64,000 bases of DNA from Tenericutes bacterium ADurb.Bin087. GTDB lineage: Bacteria; Bacillota_I; Bacilli_A; RFN20; CAG-826. The stretch is from the NCBI GenBank assembly GCA_002070905.1, contig MWEF01000002.1, positions 9,297-73,296 on the forward strand. The letters run 5' to 3'. The notes under the pieces are model-generated. The model made no database searches, was not told where the DNA came from, and saw nothing but the letters and a program-made list of their open reading frames with translations. Shown here piece by piece: positions 56,658-64,000 of this stretch. The position numbers and the translations under genes are program-made. Every line of letters begins with the position of its first letter. Position 1 is the first letter of the stretch.

Positions 56658-58596
56658 ACTTCTTTCCTAAATAGTGAATTGCTCGGGCATAAATCGCCAT
56701 TTGCATATAAAAATCATCTAAATAGATATGTTCATTGGGTGAATGGATGTCCCCACTGCGACCAGCAAAAGCACTACCAAAGGCAACAGTATTTGGACAT
56801 TCTTTCGCATAAGTTCCGCCACCAATAGCTTTGGGCTTACTTTGGGTATCAAGCGTTTCATCACGATAGGCTTTTAATAGTGTTTGAATAAATTCACTTT
56901 TTGGATCAAATAATAAATGTTTACTACTCCGCCCAATTTCAATGTCAACATCTAATGTTTTCGCGACTTTGTTTAAATGAGTCGGCACATCAACATCTTC
57001 AGGATAACGGAAATTAACGACGAAGCTTAATTGGCCTTTGGCGTAATTTAATATCCCAATATTATATGTAGTCGCCCCTAATAGTGGTGTTGATAAATAG
57101 GCATCCATTGTTTTACCATTTGGATTTTCAAATTTATTCGCTAAATGTGTTAAGAAATCAATTTCATAAAAAACGCCTAGATGCTTAAACGCTAAGACAC
57201 CTGCATTAACACCAAGTTCAGGTAAACTACCATGAGCACTTTTACCAAAAAGCGTAACTATCATGTATTTTCGCAGCATTTCTACACTATTTTTAACTTT
57301 ATTCTCATTTAGATAATTAATAAAAGCTTCATCTTTTAAGAGTTTAATTTTGACTTTGTCGATGACGCTATTGGCGGCTTCACCACCAGTTATTGTTTCC
57401 ACTGGTCCTAAATCAATCGTTTTTGAGGCGGTAAAGTTTGTAATACCTTTTTCACCGTAAATCAGCGGGAATTCGGCATCAGGCGTAAAACCGTGAACAG
57501 GAGCAGGTGCTTTATATTCATTAAAATAATAATGCATACAACTACTTCCACGTTCTTCATCACCACCAATGACAAGCCGGACACTATAATTAATTAATAA
57601 ATCATTTTCACTGAGGGCCTTAATCGCGTAATAAGCAGCCACAAGTGGTCCTTTATCATCACTTGTACCACGGCCATATAATTTTCCCTCACGAATATCA
57701 GCGGCAAAAGGTGGAGTCACCCATTCCCCAGTTGCGGGTACAACATCAGCGTGCGCGAAAACGGCAAGATTTTTCTTATATCTTTCGCCGACAAAAATTT
57801 CAAGAACGCGGCCATCAATAAGTTTCGTTTCAAAACCATCTTTTTCTGCTAACTTTTTCATGTAAACAAGGGCATCATGCACACCTTTACCATAAGGCTT
57901 TGTCGCGGAAACAGTTTGCGGGTCATAGACCGAATTAATATTCACAAACTCTTTTAATGTATGGAGTGCTTCCGCAAAATAAACGCTTGTGATTGTTTCA
58001 TAGATTGATACTTTTTTAGTGGTAAAGCGATATTTGAAGTTTTCAAACGGAATATATAATATGTTATATAAAATCGGGACAATAACAGTTGCCACCGCTG
58101 CTTCTAAAAGCACAAGCGGGGCTAAAATCGGAAAGATGAATTCATAGAAAGCATCAATATAGCGTGTATAAATAGCGAGTAATACGAATGTTGAATGGAT
58201 AAGCATCATAATCGCGGAGTACGGAAAAATAATTAAACGCTTTGTTTTATAACTATTCTTTTCATTAAATAAAATCGCGGAAAAAAGGGCAAGAATGATA
58301 CCAAACGCGACACGGGGCACAATGCTAATTAACGGATCGACGAAAAGCGCATCGCCAGCTGTGCCACGCATAATGGCAATTAAAAATGAAGACACACCAA
58401 ACACAACGCCGTATAGTAATCCGCGTCGTGCTCCTAAAAGGGCGGCCCCTAAAATAACAGGAATCGGTAAAATTGTTGCCGAAATAGTTCCAATTTGAAT
58501 AAAGCCAAGATAAGGCACTAGACTTAATACTAAAATAATGGCTATAAATAGACCATCAATCGCAATATCACTTACTAATTTCTTATTTTTCATCAC
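56641..58596 (-). CDS. fusion protein: N-terminal polytopic membrane domain (ECF S-component-like) + C-terminal M20-family dipeptidase (PepV/Sapep-like)
   Basis: The first ~190 aa are highly hydrophobic with multiple TM helices. The remaining ~460 aa carry M20 motifs (HADVVPATGEWVTPPF, GRGTSDDKGPLVAA, GGDEERGS). There is no in-frame stop between the two parts. Confidence 0.65.
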   Translation of the reverse strand: MMKNKKLVSDIAIDGLFIAIILVLSLVPYLGFIQIGTISATILPIPVILGAALLGARRGLLYGVVFGVSSFLIAIMRGTAGDALFVDPLISIVPRVAFGIILALFSAILFNEKNSYKTKRLIIFPYSAIMMLIHSTFVLLAIYTRYIDAFYEFIFPILAPLVLLEAAVATVIVPILYNILYIPFENFKYRFTTKKVSIYETITSVYFAEALHTLKEFVNINSVYDPQTVSATKPYGKGVHDALVYMKKLAEKDGFETKLIDGRVLEIFVGERYKKNLAVFAHADVVPATGEWVTPPFAADIREGKLYGRGTSDDKGPLVAAYYAIKALSENDLLINYSVRLVIGGDEERGSSCMHYYFNEYKAPAPVHGFTPDAEFPLIYGEKGITNFTASKTIDLGPVETITGGEAANSVIDKVKIKLLKDEAFINYLNENKVKNSVEMLRKYMIVTLFGKSAHGSLPELGVNAGVLAFKHLGVFYEIDFLTHLANKFENPNGKTMDAYLSTPLLGATTYNIGILNYAKGQLSFVVNFRYPEDVDVPTHLNKVAKTLDVDIEIGRSSKHLLFDPKSEFIQTLLKAYRDETLDTQSKPKAIGGGTYAKECPNTVAFGSAFAGRSGDIHSPNEHIYLDDFYMQMAIYARAIHYLGKKYEGKV

Positions 58597-59368
58597 TCTT
58601 TACCAAAATATCATAGAGACCGTAATGCACAAGAAACGGCACATACTTAATCGTTAAGGGCACCACTTCTTTAATATGGGTCGCATTACCACCCGTCAAT
58701 AAAACTTTTGGATTACCTCCTACTTCATTTTTGATTAATTCAATAAACCCATTCATTTCACTTAATAAGCCATACAATAGTCCGCTATTGAGCGCATCGA
58801 TTGTATTTCTACCGAGTACTTTTGCTGGTAAAGTAATTGGTACATCAAACAGTTGCGCAGCATTATTAACAAGCCCTTTAAGTGAAACCTCAACACCTGG
58901 ACTAATCGCAACCCCGTGAAAAACGTGTTTATCATCGACATAAAAATATTTATTCGCCGTTCCTAAATCAATCACGATAAAAGGACCTTCACCAAATTTA
59001 TATGCTCCAACAGCACACGCAATAATATCAGTACCAACCGTTTCAGGTCGCTCTACATCAAGCGTGACACTTGTTTTATGATTTGGAAAAATTAACTGTG
59101 GTTCAACACCTAGTTCTGCTTTAATCACATACGCCATCGGATAATTTAATTTAGGGACAACACTCGAAATAATCGCTTTTTCATAGTGCTGCACATCCTT
59201 AAAATGGTCTTTAAAAGCAGCAATGATCGGACGAACTACCGCAAAATTATCTGGCGCATTGTCATGGAGTTCTTTTGGTGTATTTGTCGCATATACATCA
59301 ACAATTTTGTCATCCGCGAAAAGTGCAATACTTATTACACTATTTCCAATATCGACTGTTAATTGCAT
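58583..59368 (-). CDS. coaX: type III pantothenate kinase
   Basis: 261 aa; N-terminal LTVDIGNSVISIAL and the GTANK motif-containing region (VIDLGTANKY). Confidence 0.85.
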   Translation of the reverse strand: MQLTVDIGNSVISIALFADDKIVDVYATNTPKELHDNAPDNFAVVRPIIAAFKDHFKDVQHYEKAIISSVVPKLNYPMAYVIKAELGVEPQLIFPNHKTSVTLDVERPETVGTDIIACAVGAYKFGEGPFIVIDLGTANKYFYVDDKHVFHGVAISPGVEVSLKGLVNNAAQLFDVPITLPAKVLGRNTIDALNSGLLYGLLSEMNGFIELIKNEVGGNPKVLLTGGNATHIKEVVPLTIKYVPFLVHYGLYDILVKSDEK

Positions 59369-59422
59369 ACACTCTCCTTTAAATTACATTAGTCGGACCA
59401 ATATAATATTTTAATACAAATA

Positions 59423-61822
59423 TTATGAAACAACAATATTAACGATTTTGTTTGGAACAACGATGACACGGCGAATCGTTAGTCCCAAAGTAAAACGTTG
59501 CACATTCTCATTAGCGAGCGCCATTTTTTCGAGTTCTTCTTTACTTTCATTAAGCTTAGCTTTAATTGTTGCGCGTAATTTGCCATTTACTTGGACGGCA
59601 ATTTCGACTTCATTTACAACTAATTTCCCTTCATCATAAGTTGGCCACGCTTCATAAGTTATCGTAGCTACATTCGCAAAGGCGGAATAGAGTTCTTCCC
59701 CTAGATGCGGCGCAATTGGATAGAGCAACTTAATTAAACCCACAAAATACGGGATGTACACTTCTTTAACTTTATACATTTCATTAACCAAAATCATCAT
59801 CTGTGCAATCGCTGTGTTAAAAGCCAGTTTTTCATAGTCTTCCGTAACTTTCTTAACTGTAAAGTGATATATATAATCAAGCTCACCATTATTCCTATTC
59901 ACAAGTTTGCCAGGGAAATCTTCACTATTGATGCGCGCCACGCGATTTAAGAACCGGAGTGCCCCTTCAAGTCCAGTGTTGGACCATGGTAAACTTGCTT
60001 CAAGTGGCCCCATAAACATTTCATAAAGCCGTAATGCATCAACACTATATTCAGCAATAATATCATCAGGATTAACGACATTACCGCGTGATTTCGACAT
60101 TTTTTCGCCGTTTTCCCCTAAAATCATCCCTTGATGGAAAAGTTTGGTGAATGGTTCTTTTGTATTTACAACTCCTCTGTCATATAAAAACTTATGCCAA
60201 AACCGCGCATAAAGTAAGTGTAGGACGGCGTGTTCGGCTCCACCGATGTAGAGATCAACCGGTAGCCAGTGGTTGATGAGCAGTGGATCCGCAATCATTT
60301 TGTCATTATGCGGATCTAAATAGCGAATATAATACCAACACGAACCCGCCCACTGTGGCATGGTGTTTGTTTCACGTTTAATGTTCTCGCCCTTATATGT
60401 TGCGTTGACCCAATCAGTCGCAAGCGCAAGTGGCGACTCTCCAGTACCGCTTGGTTTATATTCCTTAAGTGGCGGTAATGTCAGTGGTAAATCACTTAAA
60501 GGTACGGGGATAAAGGTATTATCTTCTTTAATCATAATTGGAATTGGTTCACCCCAGTAGCGTTGACGCGAGAATAACCAGTCGCGTAATTTATAATTTG
60601 TCGTGACTCTTCCTATTCCCTTTTTAGTTAAATATTCATTTAGTACCTTTTTACTGTCAGCTATATTTAAGCCGTTAATAAGCGGACTATTAATATGCGG
60701 CGCATCATCAACGAATGCTGTTTCACTAATATCACCAGCTAGAACTTGAATCATTGGTAAATTATGGCGTTTCGCAAATTCATAATCACGTTCATCATGG
60801 GCAGGAACAGCCATCACCGCCCCTTCACCATATGAGCCTAAGACGTAATCAGCAACGTATAAAGGAATCGCCTTATCATTCAGTGGATTAAGGGCATTAA
60901 CACCTAAATACACCCCTGTTTTATCTTTATTTAATTCAGTTCGTTCTAAATCACTTTTGTGACTTGCTTTATCAATATACTGTTTAACAGCTTGCTTTTG
61001 TGTGGGGCTCACAACTTTTAACACTAGCGGATGTTCGGGCGCTAAACAAGCATAAGTCGCTCCATAAAGCGTATCAACCCGCGTCGTAAAAACATCAAAT
61101 GTATGTTTCGTGCCGGCGACTTTAAAAGTAATCGTTGTGCCTTCACTCTTACCAATCCAATTTTTTTGCATGTCTAGTGTTGAGGCTGGCCAATCTAAGT
61201 CTACTAAATCAGTTAAAAGCCGCTCAGCATATGCCGTTATTTTTAATAACCATTGACGCATTGGCTTTCGGATGACGGGAAAACCGCCAACTTCACTTTT
61301 ACCGTCAATCACTTCTTCATTTGCTAATACTGTGCCAAGTTCAGGACAAAAATTAACAGGAATATTATCGACATACGCTAAATCACTGTTAAAAAGTTCT
61401 GTAAAAATCCATTGCGTCCATTTATAGTATTTAGGATCACTTGTCGATAATTCTTTAGTGTAGTCATAACTAAATCCAAGCGATTTTAATTGGCGCCGAA
61501 ATTTGACGATATTTTCATTTGTAAAAATCGCGGGATGATTATTTGTACGAATCGCATATTGTTCAGCAGGTAACCCAAACGCATCAAACCCGATTGGATG
61601 AAGCACATTATAACCTTGCATCCGTTTAAAACGCGCGACAATATCCGTTGCGGTATAACCTTCAACGTGCCCAACATGGAGCCCATCACCCGAAGGATAT
61701 GGAAACATATCTAAAACATAATACTTCGGTTTACTAAAGTCATACATATCGGTGTAGAAAGTGTTATTGTCTTCCCAATACTTTTGCCACTTTTTTTCTG
61801 CGGCACGAAAATCATATGCCAT
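59423..61822 (-). CDS. leuS: leucyl-tRNA synthetase
   Basis: 799 aa; HVGHVEGY (HIGH) and KMSKSRGN (KMSKS), with the CP1 editing domain. Confidence 0.95.
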   Translation of the reverse strand: MAYDFRAAEKKWQKYWEDNNTFYTDMYDFSKPKYYVLDMFPYPSGDGLHVGHVEGYTATDIVARFKRMQGYNVLHPIGFDAFGLPAEQYAIRTNNHPAIFTNENIVKFRRQLKSLGFSYDYTKELSTSDPKYYKWTQWIFTELFNSDLAYVDNIPVNFCPELGTVLANEEVIDGKSEVGGFPVIRKPMRQWLLKITAYAERLLTDLVDLDWPASTLDMQKNWIGKSEGTTITFKVAGTKHTFDVFTTRVDTLYGATYACLAPEHPLVLKVVSPTQKQAVKQYIDKASHKSDLERTELNKDKTGVYLGVNALNPLNDKAIPLYVADYVLGSYGEGAVMAVPAHDERDYEFAKRHNLPMIQVLAGDISETAFVDDAPHINSPLINGLNIADSKKVLNEYLTKKGIGRVTTNYKLRDWLFSRQRYWGEPIPIMIKEDNTFIPVPLSDLPLTLPPLKEYKPSGTGESPLALATDWVNATYKGENIKRETNTMPQWAGSCWYYIRYLDPHNDKMIADPLLINHWLPVDLYIGGAEHAVLHLLYARFWHKFLYDRGVVNTKEPFTKLFHQGMILGENGEKMSKSRGNVVNPDDIIAEYSVDALRLYEMFMGPLEASLPWSNTGLEGALRFLNRVARINSEDFPGKLVNRNNGELDYIYHFTVKKVTEDYEKLAFNTAIAQMMILVNEMYKVKEVYIPYFVGLIKLLYPIAPHLGEELYSAFANVATITYEAWPTYDEGKLVVNEVEIAVQVNGKLRATIKAKLNESKEELEKMALANENVQRFTLGLTIRRVIVVPNKIVNIVVS

Positions 61823-61985
61823 ACGCTTCCCTCCAAAAATAAAAGGTGTTACCTAAGGGCGAAAATTCCGCGGTACCACCTTAATTTATAACTTCATTTC
61901 CTATTAATGCTAGGGCACAGCGAGATAACGAAGGTGAGACATAACTTCAAAAAGTTATTTATTCTTCACTCGCGATAAAATTATA
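61823..61985 (-). ncRNA. T-box riboswitch leader of leuS
   Basis: Minus strand has a GCGAGTGAAGAA stem I with AGTGA/GAA, AAATTAAGGTGGTACCGCGG, and the terminator AAGGTGGTACC...GGTAACACCTT plus TTTATTTTT. An extended -10 GTGCTATAAT lies at about 61975-61984. Confidence 0.6.
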
Positions 61986-61990
61986 GCACA

Positions 61991-63427
61991 TTAATGCTCA
62001 ACAATGCTTTTATAAAGTGCTAGATAATTTTTACCAGATTCAGACCAGTCATTATTTTTATGCATGGCGTTCTTCCGCATTTGTTTAAAAACTTTTTGAT
62101 TCTTGTATTGTTCAAGCGCATAATTTGTTGTTAGTTTCATCCAATATTCATCATAATTATCAAAGATGAAACCATCAGCAACATCCGCGTTAGTGCCATC
62201 ATACCCAATAACCGTATCTTTAAGGCCACCTGTTGTGCGTACAATTGGTAAAGTACCATAGCGTTGGGCAATCATTTGGCCAATGCCACAAGGTTCAAAA
62301 AGACTTGGCATAAAGAAGAAATCACTTGCCGCATACACGCGATGAGCAAGCGGATTATTATAGCCAATGTAAATCGCCATCTTCTCTGGATAGCGGGCGC
62401 GCAGTTCTTCTAAAGCTTGTTCATAGCCATGTTCACCACTGCCAACAACGATCACATTCCCACCTTTTTCTAATACTTCAATAATTGCGGGAATAACTAA
62501 ATCAATGCCTTTTTGCCAGGTTAATCGCGTCACCATTGAAAATAGCGGTGTGTTTTCATCACCTTTAATGCCTAGTTCTTCAAAGAGTTTAATTTTATTT
62601 TTCGCTTTAATTCCTGGGCGCGATTTTCCATATCTAAACGGGATATGTTTATCGGTCTGTGGATTAAATTCATCATAATCAATCCCGTTAAGAATCCCGC
62701 TAAAATCGTCACGCCGTAACTTCAAGATACCATCTAACCCTTTTGAACCTTCAGGTGTTAAAAGTTCTAATGCATGCGTGGGACTAACCGTGTTAATCTT
62801 ATCGGCAAACACAATCGCCGCTTTAAGGGCATTAACTTTATCGCGATAGCGTAACGTACCATCATCAAAATATTCCTTGCGAATATCATAAAAATCGGGG
62901 AGTAAATCAGGATGGAATTCACCTTGGAACGCTGGATTATGGATTGTCACCACAAATTTCATTTTACTAAAGAATTTAGTGCGCCCATTTTGAATTTTAA
63001 TCAGCGCTGGTACCATCCCACCATGATAATCATGGACATGGACGATATCAGGTTTAATTTTAAGTGTTTGCATCATATTGCGGACGGCAACACTAAAGAA
63101 CGCAAAGCGTTCAGTATCATCGTCATAACCATAAAATCCTTCACGGCCAAAGTAATATTCGTTTTCTAATAAATAAAACGTAATACCATCAATAAAAGTT
63201 TTATAAACTTTAGCGTTTTGGAAGCGCCACCCAAGTGGGACTTGGACATTAGCGACAAAGCGAATTTCTTGTTCGGGGCTCCGCTTAATGTTCGCGTAAA
63301 AAGGGATGACGACACTTACTTCTTCACCAAGGACCGCCAGTTCTTTACTTAATGCATACACAACATCGGCTAAGCCGCCAGTTTTCGCAAGTGGACTACT
63401 TTCACTTGCAATCATCATTATTTTCAT
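61991..63427 (-). CDS. glgA: glycogen synthase (ADP-glucose type)
   Basis: 478 aa; N-terminal KIMMIASESSPLAKTGGLADVV (KTGGL motif) and a GT5 C-terminal domain. Confidence 0.9.
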   Translation of the reverse strand: MKIMMIASESSPLAKTGGLADVVYALSKELAVLGEEVSVVIPFYANIKRSPEQEIRFVANVQVPLGWRFQNAKVYKTFIDGITFYLLENEYYFGREGFYGYDDDTERFAFFSVAVRNMMQTLKIKPDIVHVHDYHGGMVPALIKIQNGRTKFFSKMKFVVTIHNPAFQGEFHPDLLPDFYDIRKEYFDDGTLRYRDKVNALKAAIVFADKINTVSPTHALELLTPEGSKGLDGILKLRRDDFSGILNGIDYDEFNPQTDKHIPFRYGKSRPGIKAKNKIKLFEELGIKGDENTPLFSMVTRLTWQKGIDLVIPAIIEVLEKGGNVIVVGSGEHGYEQALEELRARYPEKMAIYIGYNNPLAHRVYAASDFFFMPSLFEPCGIGQMIAQRYGTLPIVRTTGGLKDTVIGYDGTNADVADGFIFDNYDEYWMKLTTNYALEQYKNQKVFKQMRKNAMHKNNDWSESGKNYLALYKSIVEH

Positions 63428-64000
63428 TACACTCGATCTCCTTTTCTAACATATACTATATCTTCAGGGCTACCTTCTAATTCAGCAGCCACTGCTACTT
63501 CCGCTTTTTTATCAATAATTGCGTAACTTATGACCTTATTTCGCCGTACAATTGAAGAAGTGAAAATAATCGCGTTTTCGACGACCGCCCCTTCTTCAAC
63601 TTTCACATTACGGGAAATAATCGCATTTTTAATTGTTCCTGAAATTAATGAACCATTTGCGATAAAGGCATTATTCACACTCGCGGTCGCTTCATACTTC
63701 GCTGGTGGTGTATCATGCGTGACAGTATAAATCGGCCAATTGTGAAGGAAGAGTTGCCGGCGAATTTGATAGTTTAGTAACTCAAAACTATAATCATAGT
63801 AGTGTTGATAACTATCGATACAGCGCAGATAACCAACATATTCATAAGTATCAACGCGGATATCTTTTAAAGCATGATAAGCTACGATATCACTTAGTGA
63901 ATAAAATGAGCTAATGTTTTGTGCATCCTCAATTAAAAATTTAAATGTATCACGATTGAAAATATAAATTTCAAGCCCAATGTTCCGTTCATCTTTTTCG
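63427..64000 (-). CDS. glucose-1-phosphate adenylyltransferase family protein, C-terminal part (GlgD or GlgC; 5' end outside the window)
   Basis: Manual minus-strand translation stays open from 63678 to the window edge. It reads ...HNWPIYTVTHDTPPAKYEATASVNNAFIANGSLISG..., i.e. the LbH C-terminal region of GlgC/GlgD. The track ORF 63427..63678 is only its tail, from an internal GTG. Confidence 0.7.
   Translation of the reverse strand, partial: EKDERNIGLEIYIFNRDTFKFLIEDAQNISSFYSLSDIVAYHALKDIRVDTYEYVGYLRCIDSYQHYYDYSFELLNYQIRRQLFLHNWPIYTVTHDTPPAKYEATASVNNAFIANGSLISGTIKNAIISRNVKVEEGAVVENAIIFTSSIVRRNKVISYAIIDKKAEVAVAAELEGSPEDIVYVRKGDRV

Noticed and set aside
63427-63678. 83-aa ORF listed as a separate small gene
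   Set aside because: Manual translation shows the frame stays open upstream to the window edge with GlgC/GlgD-like sequence. It is the C-terminal tail of a longer gene, not a stand-alone ORF.
1-64000. CRISPR arrays, rRNA or tRNA genes
   Set aside because: No regularly spaced direct repeats of 25-40 bp, and no sequences with rRNA- or tRNA-like conserved blocks, were seen in any intergenic region.

Overview
The window is a 64-kb chromosomal segment from a low-GC Gram-positive or Mollicute-like bacterium that uses the standard genetic code. ORFs of 995 aa and 853 aa stay open through TGA-free frames, and feoB ends in TGA. GC content looks about 40% in core genes and markedly lower in two accessory blocks; this is by eye and should be computed.

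Core content:
- A minimal dcw cluster on the minus strand: mraZ-rsmH-small membrane protein-ftsA-ftsZ, with no mur or pbp genes between rsmH and ftsA.
- ileS (5' part), pheST, thrS, tyrS and leuS. Four of these carry T-box leaders recognisable by the ..GGTGGTACC(G/A)CGG.. box plus terminator hairpins; tyrS has none.
- Two glycogen loci: glgP-glgB at 15-19.5 kb and glgD(partial)-glgA at 62-64 kb.
- ackA, an nrnA-like DHH phosphoesterase, dnaE, polA, a fused mutM-coaE ORF, dnaI and a dnaB-like gene.
- pfkA-pyk-ROK glucokinase, sodA, infC-rpmI-rplT, thiI-cysteine desulfurase-ezrA, feoAB plus a small Cys-rich membrane ORF missing from the track, rpsD, a LacI/CcpA-like regulator, a NAPRTase-family gene, two M42 peptidases, trmB and coaX.

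The most interesting region is an AT-rich five-gene minus-strand operon at 38.9-44.0 kb, inserted between rplT and thiI. It encodes a WYL-domain (BrxR/CapW-like) regulator, two proteins with PD-(D/E)xK-like nuclease motifs, a tail-anchored small membrane protein, and a 710-aa protein. The 710-aa protein has an intact PHP phosphoesterase domain fused to a PolC-like polymerase core whose catalytic residues appear lost. This looks like an undescribed defense or abortive-infection type system.

A second low-GC block at 9.5-13.4 kb carries a RhuM-family gene inserted between the pheS T-box and a TrmH-family methyltransferase.

Other notable points:
- A lysine-rich tail on GlgB.
- A membrane-domain-M20 dipeptidase fusion.
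- An L20-type attenuator and a likely AUU start at infC.
- A perfect 15-bp palindrome between ezrA and feoAB.

No CRISPR arrays, rRNA or tRNA genes, transposases or integrases were seen.
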